The notes under the pieces are model-generated. The model was not told where the DNA came from. It saw only the letters and a list, made by a program, of their open reading frames with translations, and did not search any database. From NCBI RefSeq assembly GCF_001677475.2, contig NZ_CP015229.1: a stretch of 64,000 nucleotides of DNA; one strand, written 5' to 3'. This document shows positions 1-16,097 of this stretch, piece by piece. How positions within the stretch are numbered: position 1 is the stretch's first letter; each line of letters opens with the position of its first letter. The DNA is from Escherichia coli (GTDB lineage Bacteria > Pseudomonadota > Gammaproteobacteria > Enterobacterales > Enterobacteriaceae). Both the position numbers and the translations under genes were made by a program.

Positions 1-639
1 CAGCATGGCGAAACTTGCAGAAACACCGCCCATCGTCGGGTCGGTCAGCACGGAGATGTACGGCAAGCCGCGCTCCTGCATTTTTGCCAGTGCCGCAGAG
101 GTTTTCGCCATCTGCATCAGCGACATCAGTGCTTCCTGCATACGTGCGCCACCAGAGGCGGAGAAGCAGATCAGCGGGCAGTTATCTTCCAGCGCCTGCT
201 CAACGGCACGCACGAAACGTGCACCCACAACAGACCCCATTGAACCGCCCATAAAGGCGAACTCGAATGCCGCAGCGACAACCGGCATTCCATACAGAGT
301 GCCTTTCATCACCACCAGCGCATCTTTTTCGCCGGTTTCTTTCTGCGCAGATGCCAGACGGTCTTTATACTTCTTGGAGTCACGAAACTTCAGCACATCT
401 TTCGGCTCAAGCTCGCTACCCAGCTCCACAAGGCTTCCTTCATCTAACAGGCTATGCAGGCGATTACGCGCTGTCATACGCATGTGATGGTCACACTTCG
501 GACAGACCTCAAGATTACGTTCCAGCTCAGCGCGGTATAAAACCTGACCGCAGCTATCACACTTAGTCCACACCCCTTCAGGAATGCTCGCCTTGCGGGT
601 GGGAGTAATGTTGCTTTTAATTCGTTCAATCCAGCTCAT
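1..639 (-). CDS. accD: acetyl-CoA carboxylase carboxyltransferase beta subunit, 5' portion (C-terminus lies beyond window start)
   Basis: Reverse-strand translation from ATG at 637-639 reads [61 protein letters not shown]..., including the Cys4 zinc-finger; reading frame runs off the window edge. Confidence 0.9.
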
Positions 640-794
640 TAGGGACCTTTCTGTCTGAACCTGGTTCGATGCCAGTTTTATCTTTGGGGACGCATAATGC
701 CATTTTTGCCCCCAACAGACCATGAATGTTGCACATTAAAACATAACAGCCCGAAACTTTGGATAAAAAAGTGGTCGAACCGCGGAGTTACTTT

Positions 795-1454
795 TTATTT
801 TGCGGCGCGTGCCGCAGCGCGTTTGTGACGGATTATTTCGATGACGCCCGGCAAAATAGAAACCACAATAATCCCGACGATCAGCAGCTTAAGGTTATCC
901 TGAACCATCGGGATTGTACCGAAGAAATAGCCTGCGTAGGTAAAAAGCAGTACCCACAACAGTGCGCCGATCACGTTATAAGCAGCGAAATGACGGTACG
1001 ACATGTGGCCCATTCCCGCAACAAACGGGGCGAACGTTCTGACGATCGGCACAAAACGGGCGAGAATAATCGTTTTGCCGCCATGTTTCTCATAAAACTG
1101 ATGGGTTTTGTCGAGATAACTGCGACGGAAAATTTTCGAATTGGGATTACTGAATAACTTTTCACCGAACAACCGCCCGATAGTGTAATTGACCGCGTCA
1201 CCCACAATCGCGGCGATCAGCATCAGCACCACCATCATATGGACGTTGAGATCGTTGGTTTCCAGTGATGCCAACGCTCCGGCAACAAACAGCAATGAAT
1301 CACCCGGTAAAAACGGCGTTACCACCAGACCGGTTTCACAGAACAAAATTAAGAACAAAATGGCATAAACCCAGACGCCGTACTCCGCGACCAGCTCTGC
1401 CAGATGCACGTCAATGTGCAGGATAAAATCGATGAGGAAATAAATCAGGTCCAT
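795..1454 (-). CDS. dedA: DedA-family inner membrane protein
   Basis: 219-aa [59 protein letters not shown]..., multi-TM hydrophobic profile. Confidence 0.9.
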   Translation of the reverse strand: MDLIYFLIDFILHIDVHLAELVAEYGVWVYAILFLILFCETGLVVTPFLPGDSLLFVAGALASLETNDLNVHMMVVLMLIAAIVGDAVNYTIGRLFGEKLFSNPNSKIFRRSYLDKTHQFYEKHGGKTIILARFVPIVRTFAPFVAGMGHMSYRHFAAYNVIGALLWVLLFTYAGYFFGTIPMVQDNLKLLIVGIIVVSILPGVIEIIRHKRAAARAAK

Positions 1455-1536
1455 ATTTGCCTATGCCTTGTACTCGTCATCTTTCAGGCTGTAACTACGT
1501 TGGCTACAGCCTGAAATGTTCCGAGCATTATTCTTG

Positions 1537-2349
1537 TTAGTCCGCCAGAAATAGCGGGCCCATTGGCGGTTTTGGAAGATCATACCGGTCAGGGTAATCC
1601 ACCGCGACCAGATACAGCCCTTCCGCTTTTGCCGTTGCTGCCGCCAGCGTTCTGTCCTTTGCCGCCAGCAACTCTGCTATCCAGCTCTCCGGCTGGTTGT
1701 GGGCACCGACTTCCATCAGGCTGCCGACAATATTCCTGACCATATGATGTACAAAGGCATTCGCTTTGATATCTACCACCACATAAGGACCGTGACGCGA
1801 GACATTAATATGCATAACGTTGCGCCACGGGGTTCGGGACTGACACTGCACCGCACGGAACGAGGTGAAATCATTCTCGCCCAGCAAGCATTGCGCAGCC
1901 CGATGCATCCGTTCAGCGTCCAGCGGTTCGTAAAAATGGGTTACCCCTTTACTCAGTACCGCCGGGCGCAGCCGATGATTGTAGATGATGTAGCGATAAC
2001 GGCGAGCCGTGGCGCTAAATCGGGCATGAAAATCATCAGGTACAGCTTTAACCCAACGCACGGCGATGTCACCAGGTAAATTCGCATTTACGCCCAACGT
2101 CCACGCAGCGTCTTTGCGCTGCGCGGTCGTTTCGAAATGCACAACCTGCCCGGTGCCGTGTACACCTGCGTCAGTACGCCCGGCGCAGAAGACGGTGATC
2201 GGTTCGTTCGCCACCTGGGAGAGCGCCTTTTCCAGCTTCTCCTGCACACTGCGGACTTCGTTCTGCCGTTGCCAGCCGTAATACTTACTGCCGTCGTACT
2301 CAATGCCCAGCGCAATTTTATAAACTGGCGGTTGTTGCTGGTCGGACAT
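1537..2349 (-). CDS. truA: tRNA pseudouridine(38-40) synthase
   Basis: 270-aa [32 protein letters not shown]... with the GRTDAGVH catalytic motif; start overlaps the usg stop. Confidence 0.93.
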   Translation of the reverse strand: MSDQQQPPVYKIALGIEYDGSKYYGWQRQNEVRSVQEKLEKALSQVANEPITVFCAGRTDAGVHGTGQVVHFETTAQRKDAAWTLGVNANLPGDIAVRWVKAVPDDFHARFSATARRYRYIIYNHRLRPAVLSKGVTHFYEPLDAERMHRAAQCLLGENDFTSFRAVQCQSRTPWRNVMHINVSRHGPYVVVDIKANAFVHHMVRNIVGSLMEVGAHNQPESWIAELLAAKDRTLAAATAKAEGLYLVAVDYPDRYDLPKPPMGPLFLAD

Positions 2350-3362
2350 TAGTACAGATACTCCTGCACCAGTTTCTCGGCGATTTTTACTGCCATCAGC
2401 GCGCCGCCAAAGCGAACGTTATCAGCCACCGACCAGAACTGGACTTGCTCCGGCATACCGTAGTCATTACGCACACAGCCCACAGAAAGATGCGGCGTAC
2501 CCGAAGCATCCCCTACCTGAGTCGGGAATTCGTTCTCTTCAGAGAGCACAATATCTTCGCCCTGAGAAAACGCATCACGCGCTTCTTCTGCCGCCAGCGG
2601 ACGCAGTGCTTCAAAGTTGACCATCTGGGCATGACCGTAGAATACCGGTGCCTGGACGACGCTTGCCGAAATCATCAGCCCTTCGTCCTGCAGGATTTTG
2701 CGTACTTCGTCAACGATACGACGTTCTTCACGCACGCTACCTTCGCTATCCGGCAGTAACGGCAGCATGTTGAACGCCAGCTGACGCCCGAAGAAATCTT
2801 CTTCGTCAATCGGAATGCCGTTGAGCAATTTAGCACTCTGCCCCGCTAACGCATCGACCGCTTTTTTGCCCTGGGCGGAGGCTGAAATCAGGCTGGTAAC
2901 GCTGATACGTGATAAACCGCCCTGATCGATTAACGGTTTCAGTGCCGCCAGCAACTGGCTGGTCAGACTGTCCGGTACGGCGATGACATTCCGGTTGCGG
3001 TAATCGGTCAGTACAAACGGGTTTACTTCCGGCACCACCAGCGGTACGTCGGGTTCGAGAGCAAACAGTCCGCTGCTGTCGATCACCAGGCAACCTGAGT
3101 TGGTCGCTTCTTCAACCCAGGCAGCGGTAGCTTCTTTGCCTGCGACAAAAAATGCCAGCTGCGCCTGCGTCCAGTCAAATTCAGCGGCATCCTGCACGGT
3201 GATTGTCTTACCACCAAAGCGCAATTGTTCGCCTGCGCTTTCGTTACGTGCCAGTGCATAAATTTCCCCAACCGGGAACTGACGTTCAGCCAGCGTTTCA
3301 AGCAGGGCTTCGCCCACAGCGCCAGTTGCGCCCAGGACGGCAATGTTCCAGCCTTCAGACAT
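2349..3362 (-). CDS. usg: USG-1 protein, aspartate-semialdehyde dehydrogenase homologue
   Basis: 337-aa [27 protein letters not shown]... with N-terminal Rossmann GxxGxxG; position between pdxB and truA. Confidence 0.9.
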   Translation of the reverse strand: MSEGWNIAVLGATGAVGEALLETLAERQFPVGEIYALARNESAGEQLRFGGKTITVQDAAEFDWTQAQLAFFVAGKEATAAWVEEATNSGCLVIDSSGLFALEPDVPLVVPEVNPFVLTDYRNRNVIAVPDSLTSQLLAALKPLIDQGGLSRISVTSLISASAQGKKAVDALAGQSAKLLNGIPIDEEDFFGRQLAFNMLPLLPDSEGSVREERRIVDEVRKILQDEGLMISASVVQAPVFYGHAQMVNFEALRPLAAEEARDAFSQGEDIVLSEENEFPTQVGDASGTPHLSVGCVRNDYGMPEQVQFWSVADNVRFGGALMAVKIAEKLVQEYLY

Positions 3363-3427
3363 GGTGGTTTACTCCAGAAATAGCAAAGCTCCCTGCCAAT
3401 GTTACAGCAGAGAGCATGAAGAAGAGA

Positions 3428-4564
3428 TTAACGTGCCGGATGATGAACGGCGTTAAAACCCAGTTTACACAGCAATGATGCCGCACTGGCGTCATCACAA
3501 ATTACATACAGAGATGACCATTCACGGCGCTCAAGATAGTTTTTGCGCAGTTTATCGAACTCACCCGGTATCCCGGCGACTTTACGCAGCGGTGCGTCAT
3601 CGCGTCGCACATCATACACCAAATGCACCAGCCTTTTCAGCGTCGGTTGATCGAGCGGACCATGCAGCGTAATGCGGCCAAACTCTGGCGCGGGCAGCAA
3701 CGTATCCAGCGCAACGTGTTGTTCATGCCCAATAAACTTGCTATAGGCTTCAAACACTTGCGTCGTGCCACGCGCTTTACCTTCCAGGGTATAACCTGCG
3801 ATATGCGGCGTGCCGATATCCACTTTTTTCAGCAGCTCGACGTTGAGTTCTGGCTCGCCTTCCCAGACATCCAGCACTACGCTTAACTGCTGGCCTTCAT
3901 TCAGGCAGGTCAGCAGCGCAGTATTATCGACGACTGCGCCACGGCAGGCGTTAATCAGAATCGCTCCCGGCTTCAGGCTACGGATCAGTTTTTCATCCGC
4001 CAGATGCAGCGTTTTGTACGGCCCGTCTTTGAAGAGTGGCGTATGGAAAGTCAGAATATCCGCATGCTGAACTAATTCATCCAGCGAGCGGAAATCACCC
4101 TCATCCCCACGGTCAGCGCGAGGCGGATCGCAAAGCAAGGTTTTAATCCCTAACGCTTCCAGTCGCGCCTGCAATCGACGTCCAACGTTACCAACGCCCA
4201 CGATCCCCACCGTACGGTTGTGCAGTGAAAATCCATCGCGTTCGGCAAGCATCAGTAGTGAGGAGAGAACATATTCCACCACCGCAATCGCATTACAGCC
4301 TGGTGCCGCAGAAAAACCAATTCCCGCCTGCTTTAACCATGCTTCATCGACATGGTCGGTCCCCGCTGTGGCAGTACCAACAAATTTAATGGGTTTTCCT
4401 GCCAGCAAAGATTCATTCACTTTCGTGACCGAACGCACCATCAGTGCATCCGCGTCTGCCAGTTGAGCGACGGGGATTGGACGCCCGGGAACCGCGGTCA
4501 CCTCACCCAAACGGCTAAATAAGTCGCGGGCATAAGGCATATTTTCATCAACAAGGATTTTCAC
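3428..4564 (-). CDS. pdxB: erythronate-4-phosphate dehydrogenase
   Basis: 378-aa [25 protein letters not shown]...; D-2-hydroxyacid dehydrogenase GxGxxG (GIVGVGNVG). Confidence 0.93.
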   Translation of the reverse strand: MKILVDENMPYARDLFSRLGEVTAVPGRPIPVAQLADADALMVRSVTKVNESLLAGKPIKFVGTATAGTDHVDEAWLKQAGIGFSAAPGCNAIAVVEYVLSSLLMLAERDGFSLHNRTVGIVGVGNVGRRLQARLEALGIKTLLCDPPRADRGDEGDFRSLDELVQHADILTFHTPLFKDGPYKTLHLADEKLIRSLKPGAILINACRGAVVDNTALLTCLNEGQQLSVVLDVWEGEPELNVELLKKVDIGTPHIAGYTLEGKARGTTQVFEAYSKFIGHEQHVALDTLLPAPEFGRITLHGPLDQPTLKRLVHLVYDVRRDDAPLRKVAGIPGEFDKLRKNYLERREWSSLYVICDDASAASLLCKLGFNAVHHPAR

Positions 4565-4662
4565 GTTTGTGTTACCTGTATGAGACGAGAGTTAACCGGA
4601 CAAGTGTGCCATAATCTCGCGGCCAGGCATACTTGCGAAGATTTCAGGTATAAGGATACGTA

Positions 4663-6836
<2,174 letters not shown>

Positions 6837-6994
6837 TTACTCCAGAATGCAGCGCAAGGCGAGGAATTTCCCCGTCTCATCTCTCTGGTTTCAGGGTTAC
6901 GGTGCGTTGGCAGGATTTAACGCGTACGTCTTTTCAGAAGGAAATCGACAAAGCGGGAAGTTTGCCTGGAACAGGCGGCGATTGTCAATGATGT

Positions 6995-7020
6995 GAAAAA
7001 GGGAACCATCGGGTTCCCTT
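6995..7020 (-). terminator. putative rho-independent terminator downstream of fabB
   Basis: Hairpin gggaacc-atcg-ggttccc at 7001-7018 preceded on the plus strand by AAAAA (a U-tract on the minus strand). Confidence 0.5.
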
Positions 7021-7029
7021 TGGCGTTAG

Positions 7030-7100
7030 TGCCGGAGGCCGCATTGGCGCGTAATGTCGGATGCGACGCTGGCGCGTCTTATCCGACCTACTCCGGCCTA
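7030..7100. repeat. REP (repetitive extragenic palindrome) element
   Basis: gccgcattggcgcgtaatgtcggatgcgacgctggcgcgtcttatccgacctac: typical REP core (cggatgcg...cttatccg) in the fabB 3' region. Confidence 0.7.
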
Positions 7101-7107
7101 CTGCGAA

Positions 7108-8328
7108 TTAATCTTTCAGCTTGCGCATTACCAGCGTGGCGTTGGTGCCGCCGAAGCCGAAGCTGTTAGACATAACGGTGGTCAGTTCGCGATCGGTCGT
7201 TTCGGTCACGATGTTCAGACCCGCAGCCTGCTCGTCCAGCTCTTCAATGTTGATGCTCGGGGCGATAAAACCGTGTTCCAGCATCAGCAGAGAGTAGATA
7301 GCTTCCTGTACGCCAGCAGCGCCCAGTGAGTGACCGGTCATGGCTTTGGTTGCAGAAATCGCCGGGCTCTTATCGCCGAACACTTCACGGATAGCTGCCA
7401 GTTCTTTCACGTCGCCAACCGGAGTCGAAGTACCATGAGAGTTCAGGTAGTCGATTGGGGTATCAACACCGTGCATCGCCATCTTCATGCAGCGCACTGC
7501 ACCTTCGCCAGACGGAGCAACCATGTCTGCGCCATCAGAGGTTGCGCCGTAGCCAACGATTTCAGCATAGATGTGAGCACCACGCGCCAGCGCGTGTTCC
7601 AGCTCTTCAACCACTACCATACCGCCACCGCCAGCGATAACGAAACCGTCACGGTGAGCGTCGTAAGTACGGGAGGCTTTTTCCGGGGTGTCGTTGTATT
7701 TAGTAGACAGCGCACCCATCGCGTCGAATTCGCAAGCCATTTCCCAGCACAGCTCTTCACCGCCGCCAGCAAACACGATGTCCTGTTTGCCCAGTTGGAT
7801 CTGCTCTACTGCGTTACCGATACAGTGTGCGGAAGTCGCACACGCGGAGCTGATGGAATAGTTAACGCCATGAATTTTAAACGGCGTGGCGAGGCAGGCA
7901 GAAACGCCGGATGCCATCGCTTTGGTGACCACATACGGGCCAACCGCTTTCAGGCCGCGCGGGCCGCGCATTGCGTCAGCGCCGAATACCTGGAAACGCG
8001 GGGAACCGCCGCCGGAACCTGCAATCAGGCCAACGCGCGGGTTATTCTGGTAAGCTTCCGGAGAGAGGCCTGCATCTGCGATTGCCTGCTCCATAGAAAG
8101 GAATGCATAAATGGATGCGTCGCTCATAAAGCGCACAACTTTGCGGTCAATGAGGCCAGTGGTATCCAGTTTTACGTTGCCCCAGACGTGGCTACGCATG
8201 CCGGAATCCTTCAGCTCCTGAGAGAAAGTGATCCCTGAACGTCCTTCACGCAGAGATGCCAGGACTTCCTGCTGGTTATTACCGATGCTGGAAACAATGC
8301 CCAGGCCAGTAATCACTGCACGTTTCAT
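7108..8328 (-). CDS. fabB: 3-oxoacyl-ACP synthase I (KAS I)
   Basis: 406-aa [25 protein letters not shown]... with active-site context [11 protein letters not shown]. Confidence 0.95.
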
Positions 8329-8420
8329 TCAATACCTCTGTAAGTCGCACATAGAGTAAGTTTCGAATGCACAATAGCGTACACTTGTACGCCGAACAAG
8401 TCCGATCAGCCAATTAATAG

Positions 8421-10493
<2,073 letters not shown>

Positions 10494-10499
10494 TCAGCT

Positions 10500-10610
<111 letters not shown>

Positions 10611-10613
10611 AAC

Positions 10614-10892
10614 TTACTGCTGTGACGCCTGCTGAAACAGGTTTTCCCACATTTCGGTAACCAGCGCCTGGTCACGCGGCGACAATTCACCGGCGCCAAT
10701 GGCTTTTTCTAGACTCTGGCTAACGGTTGTATGCACCGCCTGGGCGGAGTGGTCATCACCACTTTCCAGTTCTGCGATGGCTAATGTCAGGTGGCCACGC
10801 AAATACCCACTGGCAAACAACTCATCATCACTGGCATGGTCAACCATACCGTCGATTAATGCCAGAATGCGTGATTCAAACTCCGCGATCAT
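10614..10892 (-). CDS. yfcL: uncharacterised protein YfcL
   Basis: 92-aa [29 protein letters not shown]... Confidence 0.85.
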   Translation of the reverse strand: MIAEFESRILALIDGMVDHASDDELFASGYLRGHLTLAIAELESGDDHSAQAVHTTVSQSLEKAIGAGELSPRDQALVTEMWENLFQQASQQ

Positions 10893-10925
10893 CTTCTTTC
10901 CTCATTGTAAAACGTGGCGCTGGCT

Positions 10926-11474
10926 TTAGTTGAGCGCTTCCGGCCACGGGAACTGTTCCGCCGTAAGTTCCGGCGTGTGATAATAATTTTGTAATGCTTT
11001 AATGAAGCGTGCCGGGCGTTCAGGAATGCCGTTTTCCAGATAATCCATCACCTGCGCATATACCCGCCGTTGAAACACCACGCGATCCGGTTCGAAATCC
11101 CCTTCCAGATTGTCGCAACTGACGTTAAACGGATATCCCGCCGCCACGCAGAACAACCAGTCCAGCGCCTGCGGCTTCACTTCAACATCTTCAAACTGGC
11201 TTTGCGTTTGGGCATCGCGTCCGTCCGGGCAATACCAGTAGCCGAAATCAACCAGTTCACGGCGCGCTTTCCCGGCAATACACCAGTGCGAAATCTCATG
11301 AATTGCGCTGGCATAAAAACCATGAGCAAAGACGATTCGGTTATACGGTACTTCCGCATCAGCAGGAAGATAGATCGGTTCGTCGTCGCCTTTAATCAGA
11401 CGGGTATTAAATTCATCGGCAAAGCAGCTATTAAAAATTTCAATCAACTGCTCATAGTGGTGTGTACTGTTCAT
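10926..11474 (-). CDS. epmC: elongation factor P hydroxylase
   Basis: 182-aa ORF MNSTHHYEQLIEIFNSCFADEFNTRLIKGDDEPIYLPA... (formerly yfcM). Confidence 0.88.
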   Translation of the reverse strand: MNSTHHYEQLIEIFNSCFADEFNTRLIKGDDEPIYLPADAEVPYNRIVFAHGFYASAIHEISHWCIAGKARRELVDFGYWYCPDGRDAQTQSQFEDVEVKPQALDWLFCVAAGYPFNVSCDNLEGDFEPDRVVFQRRVYAQVMDYLENGIPERPARFIKALQNYYHTPELTAEQFPWPEALN

Positions 11475-12283
11475 TAGTTCATCCCCAACCAGTGGAGGAT
11501 CTCCTGTCCGTGGCTATCATAAAGTAATTTGGCACTCATCACCGCCGATACAATAACGATCATCGGGCGGATCAGCTTTTGTCCTTTGCTCAACACCAGT
11601 CTTGAACCCATGCGCGCGCCGAGGAACTGCCCCACCAGCATGACAAAGCCCGTCGCCCAAATCACTTTACCGCCGAGAATAAACAGCAGCAGACCGCCAA
11701 TGTTTGACGTTGCGTTGAGTAATTTGGCGTGAGCCGTGGCTTTGGCGAGGTTGAATCCGCACAGCGTAACGAAGGCCAGCGCGTAAAACGATCCGGCAGC
11801 CGGGCCAAAGAATCCGTCATAAAAACCGACGCAGCCACCGGCAATTAACGCGAAGGGTAAACCGTACATCCGGCGCTGGCGATCTTCTTCACCCAGCTTT
11901 GGCATCAGCAAGAAATAGAGGCCGATACAAATCACCAGAATGGGCAAAATCTGCCGTAAGACATCAGCCTGAACATACTGCACCAGCAATGCGCCGCTCA
12001 TTGAGCCGACAAAGGTCATGGCGATATTGAGTTTCTGATCGCTTAAACTAACCACTTTGCGGCGAATAAAGTAGATAGTGGCGGAAATAGAGCCGCCGCA
12101 GGCTTGCAGTTTATTGGTTGCCAGCGCGTTAGCGGGAGACATCCCCGCCGCCATCAATGCCGGAATAGTGAGTAACCCACCGCCACCGGCAATCGAGTCG
12201 ATAAATCCCGCCAGCATGGCGACAAAAAAGAGAACTCCCAGCAACAGCGGGGAAACCATAAACAGGCTATTAAACGTTTCCAT
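11474..12283 (-). CDS. yfcA: TauE/SafE-family inner membrane protein
   Basis: 269-aa polytopic membrane ORF; start overlaps mepA stop. Confidence 0.88.
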   Translation of the reverse strand: METFNSLFMVSPLLLGVLFFVAMLAGFIDSIAGGGGLLTIPALMAAGMSPANALATNKLQACGGSISATIYFIRRKVVSLSDQKLNIAMTFVGSMSGALLVQYVQADVLRQILPILVICIGLYFLLMPKLGEEDRQRRMYGLPFALIAGGCVGFYDGFFGPAAGSFYALAFVTLCGFNLAKATAHAKLLNATSNIGGLLLFILGGKVIWATGFVMLVGQFLGARMGSRLVLSKGQKLIRPMIVIVSAVMSAKLLYDSHGQEILHWLGMN

Positions 12284-13107
12284 TAGATCACGTGCTCATC
12301 CAGTAGCGCCTGGCAGGAAGGCGGCAACGGAGGCGGTGTCTTCTTCTCAGGCTTTGTTGTTCCCGGTTTTGGAGGTTCAAACCAGCTTTGCAGTTCTGCC
12401 CCGCAACCATCGCCCGGTGGCGGTAAAGGTTGATCTTCACACTCCAGACTATCGGCAGGGCAACGTAATCGTACATGCATATGCGCGCGATGCTGGAACC
12501 AGGGTCGCACTTTGCGCAACCAGTCGCGATCGGTACCCGCATCAAGGCAAAGTTGTTGTTTAATCGCCGGATTAACAAAAATGCGCGTGACGTCTTTGTC
12601 CTGGGCGGCGAGTTTGATCAAGCTGAAAATTTCTGGCTTCCACAGCGTGGAGACAACGTGTTTACCGTCGCGGGAAACTAAGTCCAGTGCTTGCGGGCGC
12701 AAAAGTTGCGCGGAGGTCCAGCGTGTTTTCGGCAGTTGCAGAAAGATATCGACATCCAGTCCGGTCTGGTGGCTGGCGTGACCGCCGTTGAAACGACCAC
12801 CAGCAGGCATCCCCATATCGCCAATCAGCACCGTGCCCAAGCCCAGATTGCTCACCTGGCTACTCAGACGCTGGATAAACATCACCAGATCCGGGTGACC
12901 GAAATAGCGACGCTGATCGGTACGCATGACCTGATAATGTTCGGACTGTATCGGCAGCGTGTCAGCACCGACGATACAACCATTAGAAAAACTGCCTATC
13001 GATTGTGCGCTACCCGGCACAGGTTGGGTTATTTTTTGCCACGGCGTCGCTGCCAGGCTGGCGCTACTGGCAAGCAGGGCCAGCAGCGCAATCGCGGTTT
13101 TGTTCAT
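12283..13107 (-). CDS. mepA: penicillin-insensitive murein DD-endopeptidase
   Basis: 274-aa ORF with signal peptide [23 protein letters not shown]... Confidence 0.92.
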   Translation of the reverse strand: MNKTAIALLALLASSASLAATPWQKITQPVPGSAQSIGSFSNGCIVGADTLPIQSEHYQVMRTDQRRYFGHPDLVMFIQRLSSQVSNLGLGTVLIGDMGMPAGGRFNGGHASHQTGLDVDIFLQLPKTRWTSAQLLRPQALDLVSRDGKHVVSTLWKPEIFSLIKLAAQDKDVTRIFVNPAIKQQLCLDAGTDRDWLRKVRPWFQHRAHMHVRLRCPADSLECEDQPLPPPGDGCGAELQSWFEPPKPGTTKPEKKTPPPLPPSCQALLDEHVI

Positions 13108-13110
13108 TTT

Positions 13111-14196
13111 TTACCAGCGTGGAATATCAGTCTTCACATCGGCATTTTGCGCCCGCTGCCGTAGCAGGTGATCCATTAAAACGATCGCCAGCATCGCTTC
13201 AGCGATCGGCACCGCGCGGATCCCGACACAGGGATCGTGACGGCCTTTGGTGATCATCTCAACTTCTTCGCCAAAGCGGTTAATGGTACGCCCCGGCACG
13301 GTTATGCTAGAGGTCGGTTTCAGCGCCATATGGGCAATGATTTGCTGCCCGCTGCTGATACCGCCGAGAATGCCGCCCGCATGGTTGCTCTGGAAACCGT
13401 CTTTGGTGATTTCGTCGCGGTTCTGGCTGCCGCGCAGCGCCACCACGTCAAAACCGTCGCCAATTTCCACGCCTTTCACCGCGTTGATGCTCATCAGCGC
13501 ATGGGCGATGTCGGCATCCAGGCGGTCAAAGACCGGCTCGCCAAGTCCGGCAGGAACGCCACTGGCAACAACGGTGACTTTCGCGCCGATGGAGTCGCCC
13601 TCTTTTTTCAGCGCACGCATCAACTCGTCTAACGCGTCGATTTTGTCCGGGTCCGGGCAGAAGAACGGATTTTGCTCGACCAGCGACCAGTCTTTGATTT
13701 CCAGCGGAATGTCGCCCATCTGGGTCAGGCAACCGCGAATCTCAATGCCAAATTTCTCGGCGAGATATTTTTTGGCAATCGCCCCTGCTGCAACGCGCAT
13801 AGCGGTTTCACGGGCGGAAGAACGTCCACCGCCGCGATAATCGCGCAGACCGTATTTTTGTTCGTAGGTGTAATCGGCATGGCCTGGACGGAAAACGTCC
13901 TTAATCGCACTATAATCCTGAGAACGCTGGTCGGTATTTTCGATCAACAAGCCAATGCTGGTGCCAGTAGTAATGCCTTCAAAAACACCGGAGAGGATTT
14001 TGACCTGATCCGGCTCACGACGCTGGGTGGTATAGCGCGATGTCCCAGGGCGACGACGATCAAGGTCATGTTGCAGGTCCGCTTCCGTCAGCGGAATGCC
14101 TGGCGGAACACCATCGACGATGCAGCCGAGCGCCAGCCCGTGCGATTCGCCGAAAGTGGTTACGCGAAAGAGTTGTCCAATTGTGTTTCCAGCCAT
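13111..14196 (-). CDS. aroC: chorismate synthase
   Basis: Track ORF starts [21 protein letters not shown]...; start placed at the second Met (361 aa). Confidence 0.94.
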   Translation of the reverse strand: MAGNTIGQLFRVTTFGESHGLALGCIVDGVPPGIPLTEADLQHDLDRRRPGTSRYTTQRREPDQVKILSGVFEGITTGTSIGLLIENTDQRSQDYSAIKDVFRPGHADYTYEQKYGLRDYRGGGRSSARETAMRVAAGAIAKKYLAEKFGIEIRGCLTQMGDIPLEIKDWSLVEQNPFFCPDPDKIDALDELMRALKKEGDSIGAKVTVVASGVPAGLGEPVFDRLDADIAHALMSINAVKGVEIGDGFDVVALRGSQNRDEITKDGFQSNHAGGILGGISSGQQIIAHMALKPTSSITVPGRTINRFGEEVEMITKGRHDPCVGIRAVPIAEAMLAIVLMDHLLRQRAQNADVKTDIPRW

Positions 14197-14230
14197 CACG
14201 GCTCCGTTATTGTTGTGTTTGCGTGTTTAC

Positions 14231-15163
14231 TTAATCTTTATAAATCGCGAAATGTTCTCGTGCGGCAATAAGCTGCTCTTTGGTGAGCATAAACACACCA
14301 TCGCCGCCGTTATCAAACTCCAGCCAGGTGAACGGAACATCCGGATATTGTTCCATAAGATGTACCATGCTGTTGCCGACTTCACAAATCAACACGCCAT
14401 CATCAGCAAGGTAATCTGCCGCGTTACCGAGAATGCGACGCGTCAGTTTCAGGCCGTCGGTGCCAGATGCCAGGCCCAGTTCCGGCTCGTGACGGTACTC
14501 ATTTGGCAGGTCGGACATATCTTCCGCATCGACATACGGCGGGTTAGTGACAATCAGGTCGTACTGCACTTTCGGCAAGTCGCGGAACAGATCGGATCGA
14601 ATCGGAATGACGTTATGGATCAAACCGTGTTCTTCGATGTTCTGTTCGGCAACCGCCAGCGCGTCGGGAGAGATATCCACCGCGTCGACTTCCGCTTCCG
14701 GGAAGGCATAAGCGCAGGCAATGGCAATGCAGCCGCTGCCAGTGCACATATCCAGAATATGCTGCGGTTGTTTGCTGATGAGTCCTGCAAATTTATTGTT
14801 GATCAGTTCACCAATCGGCGAGCGCGGAACCAGTACGCGTTCATCGACGAAAAATTCGTGACCGCAGAACCAGGCTTTGTTAGTCAAATAGGCCACCGGA
14901 ATGCGTTCGTTGACGCGGCGGATCACGCGCTCAACAATACGGTGTTTTTCGCTGGAGGTCAGGCGGGCGTTACGCATATCTTCCGGAATATCCAGCGGCA
15001 GATAGAGCGATGGCAATACCAGTTGCACTGCTTCGTCCCACGGGTTGTCTGTGCCGTGACCGTACCAGATATTTGCCGCGCTGAAGCGGCTAACCGACCA
15101 GCGCAACATGTCCTGAATGGTTTGCAGCTCATTTACTGCTTCATCGACGAAAATTTTATCCAC
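14231..15163 (-). CDS. prmB: ribosomal protein uL3 glutamine N5-methyltransferase
   Basis: 310-aa ORF with SAM-binding [12 protein letters not shown] and the NPPY motif (VTNPPYVD). Confidence 0.92.
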   Translation of the reverse strand: MDKIFVDEAVNELQTIQDMLRWSVSRFSAANIWYGHGTDNPWDEAVQLVLPSLYLPLDIPEDMRNARLTSSEKHRIVERVIRRVNERIPVAYLTNKAWFCGHEFFVDERVLVPRSPIGELINNKFAGLISKQPQHILDMCTGSGCIAIACAYAFPEAEVDAVDISPDALAVAEQNIEEHGLIHNVIPIRSDLFRDLPKVQYDLIVTNPPYVDAEDMSDLPNEYRHEPELGLASGTDGLKLTRRILGNAADYLADDGVLICEVGNSMVHLMEQYPDVPFTWLEFDNGGDGVFMLTKEQLIAAREHFAIYKD

Positions 15164-15328
15164 GTATTCCTCCAGGGCATGGTCGCATTAATTTCGGCGG
15201 CTAGTTTGCCATGAAGATGACGATAAATCAGCATTCACGCGGCGATGACGCAGGAAAATTATGTTTTGACCGATCGATTGTGCTGCGAGTCGGGTAAACT
15301 GTAGGAAAATTAAAACAGAGATACATAA

Positions 15329-15880
15329 ATGAAAAAGAAAACAACACTCAGCGAGGAGGATCAGGCACTGTTTCGCCAGTTGATGGCGGGTACTCGCAAA
15401 ATTAAGCAGGACACGATTGTCCATCGTCCACAACGAAAGAAAGTCAGCGAAGTGCCGGTCAAGCGGTTGATTCAGGAGCAGGCGGATGCCAGCCATTATT
15501 TTTCCGATGAGTTTCAGCCGTTATTAAATACCGAAGGTCCGGTGAAATATGTTCGCCCGGATGTGAGTCATTTTGAGGCGAAGAAACTGCGCCGTGGCGA
15601 TTATTCGCCGGAGCTGTTTTTGGATCTGCATGGTCTGACGCAACTTCAGGCCAAACAAGAGCTAGGCGCGTTGATTGCCGCCTGCCGCCGTGAACATGTA
15701 TTTTGCGCCTGTGTGATGCATGGTCACGGGAAGCATATTTTGAAGCAGCAAACGCCGCTGTGGCTGGCGCAACATCCGCATGTCATGGCGTTTCACCAGG
15801 CACCGAAAGAGTATGGTGGCGACGCGGCGTTGCTGGTGTTGATTGAAGTGGAAGAGTGGCTGCCGCCAGAATTGCCCTGA
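15329..15880 (+). CDS. smrB: Smr-domain protein (ribosome rescue endonuclease)
   Basis: 183-aa [27 protein letters not shown]... with Smr core LDLHGLT...HGHG. Confidence 0.9.
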   Translation: MKKKTTLSEEDQALFRQLMAGTRKIKQDTIVHRPQRKKVSEVPVKRLIQEQADASHYFSDEFQPLLNTEGPVKYVRPDVSHFEAKKLRRGDYSPELFLDLHGLTQLQAKQELGALIAACRREHVFCACVMHGHGKHILKQQTPLWLAQHPHVMAFHQAPKEYGGDAALLVLIEVEEWLPPELP

Positions 15881-16097
15881 ATGACAACAACCGGATATAG
15901 AATTTGCAGGTCGGATAAGATGCGCCAGCATTGCATCCGACAAGAAATGCCGGATGCGGCGTGAACACCTTATCCAGCCTACGCAAGACTGAATGACAAC
16001 AACCGGATATGGAATTTGTAGGTCGGATAAGATGCGTCAGCATCGCATCCGACAAAAAGTGCCGGATGCGGCGTAAACGCCATATCCTGCCTGGGCG
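15878..16097. repeat. tandem duplication of a ~112-bp REP/BIME-containing unit (2 copies, ~90% identical)
   Basis: Copy 1 at 15878-15989 and copy 2 at 15990-16097 both begin tgaatgacaacaaccggatat and contain paired REP cores (cggataagatgcg ... gccggatgcggcg). Confidence 0.8.

Noticed and set aside
5-566. Plus-strand ORFs of 160, 79 and 99 aa at the window start
   Set aside because: All are antisense to accD, whose minus-strand translation is unambiguous.
7330-8238. 302-aa plus-strand ORF opposite fabB
   Set aside because: Antisense shadow ORF of fabB; Cys/Arg-rich low-complexity translation.
12283-13107. Ladder of overlapping 60-160-aa ORFs on both strands across mepA-aroC
   Set aside because: These are alternative frames of two well-identified genes.
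14096-15214. 372-aa plus-strand ORF spanning the whole of prmB
   Set aside because: Antisense to a confidently identified methyltransferase gene; no recognisable domain.
15662-16055. Two ORFs (15662-15943 and 15783-16055, minus strand) both starting MSDAML(A/T)HLIRP(A/T)NSISGCCHS
   Set aside because: They lie entirely within the duplicated REP/BIME array; their near-identity reflects the DNA repeat, not a duplicated gene.
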